Assembly (NCBI GenBank): GCA_963641945.1
Contig: CAVIDW010000005.1
Span: forward strand, 348-64,347
Source: a bacterium
GTDB lineage: Bacteria > Bacillota_I > Bacilli_A > RF39 > UBA660
Length of the DNA: 64,000 nt
Direction: 5' to 3'
Shown: one piece after another, positions 55,140 to 64,000 of the stretch
How positions within the stretch are numbered: position 1 is the first letter of the stretch
How the letters are laid out: the number at the start of each line of letters is the position of its first letter
Translations under genes and position numbers: made by a program
The notes under the pieces: model-generated
Told to the model about the DNA's origin: nothing
Database searches by the model: none
What the model saw: only the letters and a program-made list of their open reading frames with translations

Positions 55140-56360
55140 TTATTCACTTAATGATTTTATTGCACTTATAATAGATAATTTACCATATTCATATGTTAAA
55201 CTTCCTTGTTGGAATAATACGTATGGTTTTTTGAGTGGACCATCACAAGATAATTCTATTGAAGAACCTTGCGTAAATGATGGGGACGCCATAATTATCT
55301 TATGTTCATATCCTGGCATTGGAGAAGGGTATGGCGTAACATGTGAATCTATAGCTCCTGATGATTGAATGGAGGACGCATATTTGATGATTTCTTCTTC
55401 TGTGTTAAAATATATTAATTCTACAATATCTGCTCGTGGTTCGTTATATTTTGGTGAAACTTTATAGTTTAGTTCTTCTAAAACTTTACTTGTAAGAACA
55501 GATATTTTTAATGCATTTGATACTACTGATGGGGCAAAGTACAGTCCTAGTAAAAACATTCTATTAGCATTATCTGAAGGACCTACATGCTTTCCTTCAC
55601 CTGGAAGTGTTAATCTTTCTGCACATAAGTTAATTAAATTTTCTTTACCAACTATATATGCTCCATTTGTTGATATTCCTGCACCTAAATTTTTAATTAG
55701 GGACCCAACACATATATCTGCTCCAACTTTACATGGAGTAGTGGTTTCTACAAATTCACAGTAACAATTATCTACAAAAATTATTGTGTTTGGACTTGTT
55801 TCTTTAATTAGTTTAATTACTTTTTCTACTTTATCTATTGTTAGTGAGTTTCTTAGACTATATCCTCTTGATCTTTGAATGTGTATTACTTTTATTGATT
55901 CTTTTTCTAATGTTTCTTTTATTTTTTTATAGTTAAAGTTATTTTCTATTAAATCTATTTCTTTATATTTGACATTATAACTCATTAGTGAACTATTATT
56001 ATGCTTGATTCCAATTACTTCATGTAATGTATCATATGGAGTTCCTGAAATAGCTAAAAGTGTCTCATTTGGTCTTAAAAGTGCCTGTAATGCAACATTT
56101 ATAGCATGTGAACCTGATATAAATTGATTTCTTACGATTCCACTTTCTGCATCTAATACTTTTGCAAATATTTGATCTATTTTATCTCTTCCTTCATCGT
56201 TGTATCCATAACCATTAGTTCCTTTTAAATCATTTTCACTTATTTTAAATTCATGGAATGCATTTATTACTTTTTTACTGTTTTCTAATGTATTTTTATC
56301 TATTTGATCAAATATGTTTTTTAATTCTGTTTCACATTTATTGACTAAATCTTCTAGCAT
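55140..56360 (-). CDS. PLP-dependent YnbB / methionine gamma-lyase-like (aluminium resistance) family protein
   Basis: GTNGYGYNDEGRDKIDQIFAKVL...VRNQFISGSHAI N-terminal signature. 406 aa. Confidence 0.7.
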   Translation of the reverse strand: MLEDLVNKCETELKNIFDQIDKNTLENSKKVINAFHEFKISENDLKGTNGYGYNDEGRDKIDQIFAKVLDAESGIVRNQFISGSHAINVALQALLRPNETLLAISGTPYDTLHEVIGIKHNNSSLMSYNVKYKEIDLIENNFNYKKIKETLEKESIKVIHIQRSRGYSLRNSLTIDKVEKVIKLIKETSPNTIIFVDNCYCEFVETTTPCKVGADICVGSLIKNLGAGISTNGAYIVGKENLINLCAERLTLPGEGKHVGPSDNANRMFLLGLYFAPSVVSNALKISVLTSKVLEELNYKVSPKYNEPRADIVELIYFNTEEEIIKYASSIQSSGAIDSHVTPYPSPMPGYEHKIIMASPSFTQGSSIELSCDGPLKKPYVLFQQGSLTYEYGKLSIISAIKSLSE

Positions 56361-57103
56361 TTTTTACCTCCATCTATTTTGATAATACTATCATTTATAT
56401 AACTTGCTTCTTCTGTACTTAAAAAATATACTAATGAAGCTATTTCTTTAGGACTTGCAAATCTTCTTAGTAAAATTTTATCTATTTCTTTTTGCTTAAA
56501 ACTTTCATCTAAATCTTTATTCATTGGTGTATCTATCCATCCAGGACAAACACAATTTACATTAATATATGGACTATAATGATTAGCTAAATTATGCGTT
56601 AGATTTATAACTCCTGCTTTTGATGCATCATAGTCTAAACTATATTCATAATAGGAATCTATTCCATTAGTAGAAGCTATATTTATTATTTTACCTTTTT
56701 TATTTTCTAACATTAAATTACCAAATGTTCTACTAACTAAGAATAGAGAAACTAAATTTGTATCTAATGTTTTTATAAAGTTTTCTTTTGTTTTTAGACT
56801 AAAATCTGTATCTATAGCAATTCCTGCATTATTAACTAAACAATCTAATGTTCCAAATTCTTTTATTATGATTTGTTTCATATCTTCTATTTGTGATTCA
56901 TTTGTTATATCGCATTTTATAGTTATTGCTTTTGTATGATAAGTATTTTCTATATATTTTTTTAATTCTTCAGCTTCTTTTTTACTTTTATTATAATTTA
57001 TTATAACATTGTAATTATGACTTGCAAATATTTCTATTATGGATCTACCTAATCCTATACTAGAACCTGTTACTAATACTACTTTTTTATCCATGTTTTT
57101 CAC
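56354..57103 (-). CDS. Short-chain dehydrogenase/reductase (FabG-like)
   Basis: VTGSSIGLG (TGxxxGxG), NNAG, and YxxxK (YDASKAG). Confidence 0.8.
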   Translation of the reverse strand: MKNMDKKVVLVTGSSIGLGRSIIEIFASHNYNVIINYNKSKKEAEELKKYIENTYHTKAITIKCDITNESQIEDMKQIIIKEFGTLDCLVNNAGIAIDTDFSLKTKENFIKTLDTNLVSLFLVSRTFGNLMLENKKGKIINIASTNGIDSYYEYSLDYDASKAGVINLTHNLANHYSPYINVNCVCPGWIDTPMNKDLDESFKQKEIDKILLRRFASPKEIASLVYFLSTEEASYINDSIIKIDGGKKC

Positions 57104-57182
57104 CTGCGCATATTATATCACGTTTTATATAAAAATTTTATATTTTTTTAATTTTATGTTATCATTAATATGAGGTAAAAAT

Positions 57183-57653
57183 ATGAATGAAATATATTTA
57201 ACTGATTTGGTTGTAATACCAACTAGAGAAGTTTTAAAGAAAAGATTTAAGGATGAAAAGTTTATTTATGTATCAGATATACATAAGTTTTTAAGTAAAA
57301 AAGTTATTGTTAGAAAAACTGAAAATGGATTATATGAAGAAATAGTGACACATAGATTATTTAATTCTTTACCACTTGATATGCTTGCTACTTTTATTGT
57401 AAGTAATATTTCTGGTTATGTCATTATTCCTAGTGAACTTGGAAGTAGACTTGATGATAGTAGTTTTGGATATAAAGTAATAAAAGAATATGTAAGTTGT
57501 CATAAAAGTGAAGAGTATAATAAAGAATTAAATGAGTTTATATTGAATGCTAATAATTTTAATAAAAAATATGTAAATAAAGAAAAAAATGAAAAAGAAG
57601 TATGCAAAAATGCATCTGAGAAACTATTAACTTTAGAAAATAGGGGTAAATAA
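57183..57653 (+). CDS. Hypothetical protein (156 aa)
   Basis: GAGG RBS. No recognisable motifs. Confidence 0.45.
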   Translation: MNEIYLTDLVVIPTREVLKKRFKDEKFIYVSDIHKFLSKKVIVRKTENGLYEEIVTHRLFNSLPLDMLATFIVSNISGYVIIPSELGSRLDDSSFGYKVIKEYVSCHKSEEYNKELNEFILNANNFNKKYVNKEKNEKEVCKNASEKLLTLENRGK

Positions 57654-57664
57654 ATAATTTTTTC

Positions 57665-57693
57665 TTGTAAATCGATTATTTATTTGCTATAAT
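57665..57693 (+). promoter_or_regulatory. Sigma-A type promoter of rpmG-efp
   Basis: TTGTAA, 17 nt, TATAAT (57688-57693). Confidence 0.5.
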
Positions 57694-57724
57694 CTTTAAT
57701 GTATAAAAAAAGGAGGGCAATAAT

Positions 57725-57895
57725 ATGGCAAAGAAAGAAAATAGAGAAGGTATTGCTTTACAATGTACTGCTTGTAAGAATATTAACTATTTAACAAGTA
57801 AAAACAAGAAAAATAGTGATGGTAAATTAGAAATTAAGAAATTCTGTCCTAAATGCAATAAAACAACTGATCATAAAGAAAGAAAGGCTGCGTAA
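57725..57895 (+). CDS. rpmG: 50S ribosomal protein L33 (zinc-ribbon type); not in the ORF track because it is only 56 aa
   Basis: [66 protein letters not shown]. Confidence 0.85.
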   Translation: MAKKENREGIALQCTACKNINYLTSKNKKNSDGKLEIKKFCPKCNKTTDHKERKAA

Positions 57896-57901
57896 TAAAA
57901 T

Positions 57902-58459
57902 ATGTTTAATATAAATGACATTAAAAATGGTATGACAATTAAATATGAAGGTGTAATTTATCAGGTAGTTGATTTTCAACATGTTAAACCTGGTAAGGGA
58001 AGTGCTTTTGTAAAAACTAAGCTTAAGAATTTAAAAGCTGGTACTACTCAAGAAATTACATTTAATGCTGGTATTAAGATGGAAAAGGCTGATGTAAGAA
58101 AGAATCAATTGTCTTATTTATATCAAGCTGGTGATAATTATGTATTTATGGATAATAATACATATGATCAAATTGAATTACCTGGAAGTTTACTTGTAGA
58201 TGAAGCTAAATTCTTAAAAGAGGGTATGAATGTTGAATCTATGACAATTGAAGGAGAAGTAATTGGTATAAGCTTACCAGAAAAAGTTTCTTATAAAGTT
58301 ATTAGTGCTCCTGATGCTGTTAAAGGAAATACAACTAGTAGTGCTCAAAAAGATATAACTATTGAAACTGGTTATACATTAAAAGCACCTTTGTTTATTT
58401 CTGAAGGTGAAGAAATAGTAATTACTACAAGAGATGGTAAATACTTTAGTAGAGGCTAA
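57902..58459 (+). CDS. efp: Elongation factor P
   Basis: ...DFQHVKPGKGSAFVKTKLKNL... with the KPGKG loop. 185 aa. Confidence 0.92.
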   Translation: MFNINDIKNGMTIKYEGVIYQVVDFQHVKPGKGSAFVKTKLKNLKAGTTQEITFNAGIKMEKADVRKNQLSYLYQAGDNYVFMDNNTYDQIELPGSLLVDEAKFLKEGMNVESMTIEGEVIGISLPEKVSYKVISAPDAVKGNTTSSAQKDITIETGYTLKAPLFISEGEEIVITTRDGKYFSRG

Positions 58460-58690
58460 TTAAATTAGCTTTTTTTTTGAAAACTTTGACTTTATTATTA
58501 TTTTATGTTATAATATGCACGAAATTAAAAGGGGAAAAGATTTGTGAATAATGTTAAAGTTAATAATAAGCAATCTCGTCTTTTAAGAACAACTTAGTTA
58601 TAAAGAAGTATACAAGAAGTTTGAAAGAGAAGTAAATGAAATTTTTGATGAAATAGATTCTCATAAAAAGTTAGAAAGGAAAAAATAATA

Positions 58691-59413
58691 ATGAATGATT
58701 TTTATTTAAGAAGAAATGGAAAAACTATTATATTTGATGAAAAAGGTGAAGAAACTTCAAGAGAATATGAAGATGGAATGAGGAGTATACTTGAAAGTGA
58801 AAATAAAATAGAAAGAATTGAAAACAATATAACTGCCAACAAAAAGTTAAATAAACAATTTAAATTTATGAGACTAGTTAATATGTTTACAACTGCTTGT
58901 TTTAGTTCTCTTGCGTTATATTTTGCATATCAATTTGTGGATGTTCCTGAAACTACTATTTATAATATACCATTAATTGTTTCTTCATTGTGTATACCAT
59001 TTAGTGCAATATGTATGGAAGCATTTAATAAAAAAGTTAAAGGTATTAATTATAGTGATACTATATTGAATGAAGAATTAGAACATGAAAATACAAGACT
59101 TCAAGAATTAAAAGAAAATAAATCTAAAGAAATTACCGATGAAAAAGATTATGGTAAAGTTCCTAGAACAGGGATCAAAAGTGTAGATAAGAAAAGTAGA
59201 GTGTCTTTTGAATTTGGTCAAAGAAGAAATTTTTATTATCAAAAATATAAAAATAAGGGATTAACTAATTATTTAAAGAAAAAAGGCTATGATGAAGAAA
59301 AAATTAATATGTTATATGAATTAATTGCTAGAGATTTACAATTAGAGATTGATAATATTAATGAAAAAACTCAAGCCAAATCTGAAGAATTAACAAGAAA
59401 ATTAGAAATGTAA
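58691..59413 (+). CDS. Hypothetical membrane protein (240 aa)
   Basis: Two central TM helices (FTTACFSSLALYFAYQF and PLIVSSLCIPFSAICM) flanked by charged coiled-coil-like regions. Confidence 0.5.
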   Translation: MNDFYLRRNGKTIIFDEKGEETSREYEDGMRSILESENKIERIENNITANKKLNKQFKFMRLVNMFTTACFSSLALYFAYQFVDVPETTIYNIPLIVSSLCIPFSAICMEAFNKKVKGINYSDTILNEELEHENTRLQELKENKSKEITDEKDYGKVPRTGIKSVDKKSRVSFEFGQRRNFYYQKYKNKGLTNYLKKKGYDEEKINMLYELIARDLQLEIDNINEKTQAKSEELTRKLEM

Positions 59414-59448
59414 TTGACAAAAAAAATTAAATAATTTATACTTATTTC

Positions 59449-59647
59449 ATTAAGCGATGAAGAAATAATATTAATTATAATATTTAGATTATAGAAAGTT
59501 AGTGGTTGATGGAAACTAATATATATTATAATGAAGTTACATATTTTAGAGTTTAAAGGTGATGCTTTATAATCTATGAGTTAGATTTTATCTATGAATT
59601 AAGGTGGTACCACGATATATGTCGTCCTTATATGTGGTGCCTTTTTT
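59449..59647 (+). promoter_or_regulatory. T-box leader (tyrosine specifier) with a terminator/antiterminator
   Basis: Promoter TTGACA (59414-19), 17 nt, TATACT (59437-42). Candidate specifier UAC-A at 59538-41. T-box sequence AAGGTGGTACCACG at 59601-14. Terminator ggtaccacgatata/tatatgtggtgcc plus T6 at 59606-59647. Confidence 0.65.
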
Positions 59648-59659
59648 GTTGGAGGAAAA

Positions 59660-60148
59660 ATGAGAAAGTTTGAAAAAATAAGTTTTGAGCAATTTAAGAA
59701 AGATGTGTGTGATGATAAAAAATTATATGAAAGTATTGTTCTTCCTAAGAGAAGTACGAAGTTAAGTGCTGCTTATGATATTAGAAGTGCCAATGATGGA
59801 GTTATTCATTCAGGTGAAACATGTATATTTAGTACAGGACTTAAAGTTGCTATGAATGATGATGAAGTATTTAATATATATTGTAGAAGTTCTCTTGGAT
59901 ATAAATATAATGTTTGCCTTGTAAATAGTGTTGGAGTTATTGATGCTGATTATTATAATAATGAAGATAATGAAGGCCATTTTAAAGTAAAACTTATTAA
60001 TCATGGAAAAGAAGATTTTGAAGTTAAGTTCGGAGATAGGATAGCTCAAGGTATATTTATGAAGTATTTAACTGTTGATGATGAAGAAGAAATAAAAAAT
60101 AAAAGAAAAGGTGGAATTGGTTCTACTAATAAGAAGGAAGGTAATTAA
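59660..60148 (+). CDS. dut: dUTPase-like protein (trimeric dUTPase/dCTP deaminase superfamily)
   Basis: GGAGGA RBS. Motifs SAAYDIRS, RSSLGYKY, GVIDADYY and RIAQGIF. Confidence 0.7.
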   Translation: MRKFEKISFEQFKKDVCDDKKLYESIVLPKRSTKLSAAYDIRSANDGVIHSGETCIFSTGLKVAMNDDEVFNIYCRSSLGYKYNVCLVNSVGVIDADYYNNEDNEGHFKVKLINHGKEDFEVKFGDRIAQGIFMKYLTVDDEEEIKNKRKGGIGSTNKKEGN

Positions 60149-60149
60149 T

Positions 60150-61358
60150 ATGAATTTTTTTGAAGAATTAGAGTGGAGAGGCGTAGTTAAAGATATAAGT
60201 AGTCCTGATTTGAAAGATAAACTAAATAATGAAAAATTAACATTTTATTTAGGAACGGATCCTACTGCGGATAGTTTACATATTGGACATTATGCATCTT
60301 TTGTTACTGCTAAAAGACTTGCTATGCATGGACATAAACCAATTATATTAGTAGGTGGTGCTACAGGTTTAATTGGAGATCCTAGACCTACTGCTGAAAG
60401 AGAAATAATATCAAAAGAGAAAGTTAGTGAAAATATTAAAGGTTTAACTAAGCAAGTAACTAAATTGTTAGATGGTAAAGCTAAAGTAGTTAATAATTAT
60501 GATTGGACTAAAGATGTAACATTCTTAGACTTTTTAAGAGATATTGGAAAGTATATTAATGTTAACTATATGTTAAATAAAGATATTATATCTAGAAGAC
60601 TTGATACGGGTATTACTTATGCTGAATTTAGTTATACATTACTTCAAGGTTTTGATTTCTTGCATTTATTTAATAATGAAAATTGTTTATTGCAAGCAGC
60701 CGGAAGTGATCAATGGGGTAATATTACTACTGGAATTGAGTTAATTCGTAAAATTGAAGGAAAAGAAGCATATGGATTTACAATGCCATTAATACTTGAT
60801 AGTACTGGAAAAAAATTTGGTAAAAGTGAAGGAAATGCTTTATGGCTTGATAAAGAAAAAACTAGTCCATATAAAATCTATCAATACTTAATTAATTCAG
60901 AAGATTCTAAAGTAGTAGAATACTTAAAAGTGTTTACATTCTTATCTCGTGAAGAAATAGAAATTTTAGAAAAAGATACTTTAGAACATCCTGAATTAAG
61001 AAAAGCACAAAAAGCTTTAGCATATGAAGTAGTTAAAGATTTGCATGGAGTAGAAGAAGCCGAAATAGCTAGAAAAACTAGTGAAGAAGTATTCTCTAAA
61101 GGATATAGTGAGGAAGGTATGCCTAGTGAAGATATTAAACTAGAAGAAAATACTAATATTTTAGATTTACTAGTGTTAAGCAAAGTTGCTCCTTCTAAGA
61201 GTGAGGCTAGAAGACTAGTTCAAGGAAATGGAATTAGTATTAATGGTGAAAAAGTAAGTGATGTTAATATGATTATTGATGAAAAGTTATTTAAAGATAA
61301 TTCATTAGTAATTAGTAAAGGTAAAAAGACTCATATAAAAGTTAACTTAGTAAAATAA
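60150..61358 (+). CDS. tyrS: Tyrosyl-tRNA synthetase
   Basis: HIGH (LHIGHY), KFGKS (KMSKS-like), C-terminal S4 domain. AAGGAAGG RBS before the ATG at 60150. The ORF-track start at 60111 lies inside dut. Confidence 0.92.
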   Translation: MNFFEELEWRGVVKDISSPDLKDKLNNEKLTFYLGTDPTADSLHIGHYASFVTAKRLAMHGHKPIILVGGATGLIGDPRPTAEREIISKEKVSENIKGLTKQVTKLLDGKAKVVNNYDWTKDVTFLDFLRDIGKYINVNYMLNKDIISRRLDTGITYAEFSYTLLQGFDFLHLFNNENCLLQAAGSDQWGNITTGIELIRKIEGKEAYGFTMPLILDSTGKKFGKSEGNALWLDKEKTSPYKIYQYLINSEDSKVVEYLKVFTFLSREEIEILEKDTLEHPELRKAQKALAYEVVKDLHGVEEAEIARKTSEEVFSKGYSEEGMPSEDIKLEENTNILDLLVLSKVAPSKSEARRLVQGNGISINGEKVSDVNMIIDEKLFKDNSLVISKGKKTHIKVNLVK

Positions 61359-61419
61359 GTTAACTTTTTCTTTTATAAAGATGAGTGTTGTTATATAATT
61401 ATAATAAGGATGTGATAAT

Positions 61420-62127
61420 ATGATTATGAAGTGTTCTAAAGATAGACCATGGTATGTTAACTTATTATTTTGTTTTATATGTTTAGTTGGAATAGTAGTT
61501 CTACCTACGGTACTTTCGTTGATGTATAGCGAGTTTATTAAATCAGAAGTAATAAGTACATTTTTATCTGAAGTTACTTTTGTTTTAATACTTGTAGCGA
61601 TGTATTATAAAGATTTAATAAATGAAGCTAAAATATTTAAAAAGAATTTTAAGAAGTCTATGAAGAGTTCATTCAAATATTATGTAGTGGGCATAATGAG
61701 TATGATATTTTTTAATTTACTTATCACTATGATTCTTAAAAATGATATTTCTACTAATGAAAGTCAAGTAAGAGAAATGTTATTTAATAATACCATATTT
61801 GCATTAATTAATATATCTTTATATGCTCCAATAAGTGAAGAAATTATATTCAGAAAAAGTATTCAACCATTAATAAGTAATAAATGGTTATATGCACTAG
61901 TATGTGGGATTTTATTTGGAGGAGCTCATATATTAACTAATGTACTTGGTGGTACTTTTGTGATAAGTGATTTAATTTATATATTGCCTTATGGTTCTTT
62001 AGGGGTTGCTTTTGCATTAATGGATTATGAAAATAAAAGTGTATTTAATTCTATGACAATTCATTGTTTACATAATACTATGACTGCTTTATTATTACTT
62101 TCTATGTTTTATTTAGGTGTTGCATAA
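61420..62127 (+). CDS. CPBP family intramembrane glutamic endopeptidase (CAAX protease-like)
   Basis: EEIIFRK, FGGAH and HCLHN motifs in a polytopic protein. Confidence 0.75.
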   Translation: MIMKCSKDRPWYVNLLFCFICLVGIVVLPTVLSLMYSEFIKSEVISTFLSEVTFVLILVAMYYKDLINEAKIFKKNFKKSMKSSFKYYVVGIMSMIFFNLLITMILKNDISTNESQVREMLFNNTIFALINISLYAPISEEIIFRKSIQPLISNKWLYALVCGILFGGAHILTNVLGGTFVISDLIYILPYGSLGVAFALMDYENKSVFNSMTIHCLHNTMTALLLLSMFYLGVA

Positions 62128-63026
62128 TGAGTGAGATAGAGAAAGATAATCACGAATTAGAGGAAAAAGAAGGTCATAAGAAAAAACATCATTTTTTGAA
62201 CTTTTTAATATTTATAGTTGTTTTATTAGTTGGATGTGTTTTCTATTCTAAATACGTTGGTATTAAAGGATTAATAGTAAAAGAATATAGAGTAGAGAGT
62301 AGTATATTAACGGAAAATTTTAGTGGTATTAAAATAGTTCATTTTAGTGATTTGTTATATAAATCTACAGTTGATAGTGAGGATATTAAAAGCCTTGTAA
62401 ATAAAATTAATGAATTAAGACCTGATATAGTGGTTTTTACTGGTGATTTAGTTATTAAAGATGCTAAAATAAGCACAGAAGATAAAGAAATGTTAATTAA
62501 TGAATTATCATCAATTAAAGCTAGTATTGGAAAGTATGCTATTAATGGTGATAATGATTATTCTTATAGTGATTATAATGAAGTTATGAATAGAAGTGAT
62601 TTTAAAGTACTAAATAATCAATATGAAGAAGTATTTTATAAAACTAATGAATCTTTATATATAGTTGGGTTACCTTGTTCATTTAAGGATAAAATAAATT
62701 TAGATGAAGCTTTTAAGTTTTATAGTGATGAAAATAGACATTATATAATTGTATTAGCTCATGATGGTAAAACTCTTAAGTATTTAGATGAAAGTACATA
62801 TGAAGTTGATTTAGTATTACTTGGACATTCTTTGAATGGTAGTGTTGTTATACCTTTTTATGGAGGATTATTTGTAGATGATAACTCATATAAATATTAT
62901 AATGAGCATTATGAAAAAGGAATAACTAATATATATGTTTCTAGTGGTATTGGAACATTAAAATATAAGTATAGATTTATGAATAAACCATCTTTTAATT
63001 TATATCGTTTAAAAGCACAACCATAG
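62127..63026 (+). CDS. Membrane-anchored metallophosphoesterase
   Basis: TM helix, then the motifs VHFSDL, TGDL, NGDND, LAHDG and LGHSLNG. Confidence 0.7.
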   Translation: MSEIEKDNHELEEKEGHKKKHHFLNFLIFIVVLLVGCVFYSKYVGIKGLIVKEYRVESSILTENFSGIKIVHFSDLLYKSTVDSEDIKSLVNKINELRPDIVVFTGDLVIKDAKISTEDKEMLINELSSIKASIGKYAINGDNDYSYSDYNEVMNRSDFKVLNNQYEEVFYKTNESLYIVGLPCSFKDKINLDEAFKFYSDENRHYIIVLAHDGKTLKYLDESTYEVDLVLLGHSLNGSVVIPFYGGLFVDDNSYKYYNEHYEKGITNIYVSSGIGTLKYKYRFMNKPSFNLYRLKAQP

Positions 63027-63065
63027 TTGTGCTTTTTTCATAAGATAATTTAGAGGTGAATAGTT

Positions 63066-63227
63066 ATGTATGGAAAGTTTAAATATACAAAAAATAATAG
63101 ATTTGGTTTTGCTGCTCCATTTTTATTAGGTGCTTTAACTGGTGGAGTAGCAGTAGATTATTTTAGTCCTTATAGACCAAGACCAGTTTATTATAATAAT
63201 CCTTATGGATATTATCCTTATTATTGA
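63066..63227 (+). CDS. Small Gly/Tyr/Pro-rich membrane peptide (53 aa)
   Basis: AGAGGTGAA RBS. MYGKFKYTKNNRFGFAAPFLLGALTGGVAVDYFSPYRPRPVYYNNPYGYYPYY*. Confidence 0.4.
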   Translation: MYGKFKYTKNNRFGFAAPFLLGALTGGVAVDYFSPYRPRPVYYNNPYGYYPYY

Positions 63228-63276
63228 TAATATAAGAATATAATGATATAATATGCTCTTGTTATAGGGGTGTATT

Positions 63277-63919
63277 ATGGAATATATAAGTAAAGATTTA
63301 TGTAAAAAAATGTGATGGATATTGTTGTAAGAAATCTGATTGTGATTATGATGTAGATAATTTTGATATTGTTACACTAAATAAAGTACTTGAAGTATTA
63401 AATAGTGGTAAAGCTTCTATTGTAGCTGCATTATTTTTTGAAACTAATTCTTCTGGTTCTGAATATATATCACCATTTTTGTATTTAAGAGCTAGAAATA
63501 TCAATAGAGATAAGGTTGACTTATTATCTATGAAAACCACATGTTCGCTACTTAAGAGTGATGGATGTTCTCTTACATTAGAAGCAAGATCTAAAGGTGG
63601 AGTGAATTTAATACCTGATAGTATTAAATGTTATCCTCTAGAAGATTCATTCAAAATGGTTGATGAATGGAAGAAATATCAACATATATTAGCTAAAGCA
63701 GTTAGAAAACTCACTGGTAAAAGTGTTAATGAAAAACTATCTGAAGATATAGAAAATTTGATATATGATGTTCAAATGCAACATTTTGATCATGTAGCAG
63801 TAAGAGAAAGAATAGAGATTCTATCTCTTATAAAAGAACTTGATAGAGTTTGCCTAGAAGAATGTAGTAGAGGACTACAAAGAGCTAAAAAAGATAAATT
63901 AGTTATAACAAAAAGATGA
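63277..63919 (+). pseudogene. CxxCxxCC (YkgJ-like Zn/Fe-S) family gene interrupted by a frameshift in an A7 run
   Basis: ATG at 63277 reads MEYISKDLCKKM*. With one A fewer (A-run at 63304-63310) the frame continues ...CKKCDGYCCKKSDCDYD... through to the stop at 63919. Confidence 0.6.
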
Positions 63920-63926
63920 TTTTAAT

Positions 63927-63974
63927 GATATGAACCCCGTTTCTTGGACAAAATAGAAACGAGGTTTTTGTATG
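63927..63974 (+). repeat. Hairpin repeat copy C
   Basis: gatatgaaccccgtttct-tggacaaaat-agaaacgaggtttttgtatg. Homologous to copy B and, in inverted orientation, to copy A. Confidence 0.75.
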
Positions 63975-64000
63975 ACCAAAATAAGTTGTGAAGAAAGAAT
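63972..64000 (+). CDS. Start of a small ORF homologous to 26818-26955, truncated by the window edge
   Basis: MTKISCEERI compared with MSKLNYEKTI, in the same position relative to the hairpin repeat. Confidence 0.3.

Noticed and set aside
58545-58688. Short frames upstream of 58691: VNNVKVNNKQSRLLRTT*, then ...YKEVYKKFEREVNEIFDEIDSHKKLERKK* in another frame. I considered this as a frameshifted small gene.
   Set aside because: Each piece is very short, the join would need an unsupported frameshift, and there are no recognisable motifs.

Overview
AT-rich chromosomal segment from a low-GC, endospore-forming Firmicute. All family calls come from reading motifs by eye; no searches were run. The ClpB lacking an N-domain behind a CIRCE operator, and the gene order, resemble Erysipelotrichia/Clostridia-like lineages. 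Most of the window is core housekeeping. In order it contains: sporulation genes (spoIIIAH-like, gerE-like, gerM-like); tRNA-Arg(UCU); an RpoD-like sigma factor; hemW; a heterodimeric ABC exporter; a fragmented dcw cluster (mraZ-rsmH-ftsL-PBP2B ... holA ... mraY-ftsW/spoVE ... murG-ftsQ); clpB; topA; hup; cca; dnaD-nth; recU-ponA; rpsB-tsf; rpsU-yqeY; a lipid-gene block; ylbD/ylbE-like genes; an orphan type IV pilin; nfo; rpmG-efp; and a T-box leader followed by dut and tyrS. The standout feature is that the SEDS gene at the spoVE/ftsW position is split by an about 8.2-kb insertion (20643-28819). The insertion ends in a large serine recombinase gene. Joining the two gene halves at a shared GG dinucleotide restores the reading frame and the conserved ...PVTG|VTLPFISYGGSS motif. 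This is the architecture of sporulation-gene intervening elements such as skin. The cargo is a four-gene operon built around a SipW-type signal peptidase, including two secreted proteins that carry TasA-like SipW-cognate signal motifs. Other accessory or unusual features: a 5'-truncated polyvalent-protein remnant beside the tRNA; a roughly 45-nt hairpin present three times next to mobile-type genes; a 1652-bp apparently perfect duplication homogenising two acyl-AMP ligase genes; a paralogous pair sharing a two-TM C-terminal module; and two single-base frameshifts (the 3' fragment of the split SEDS gene, and an A7 run in a CxxCxxCC gene). No rRNA genes or CRISPR arrays were seen.
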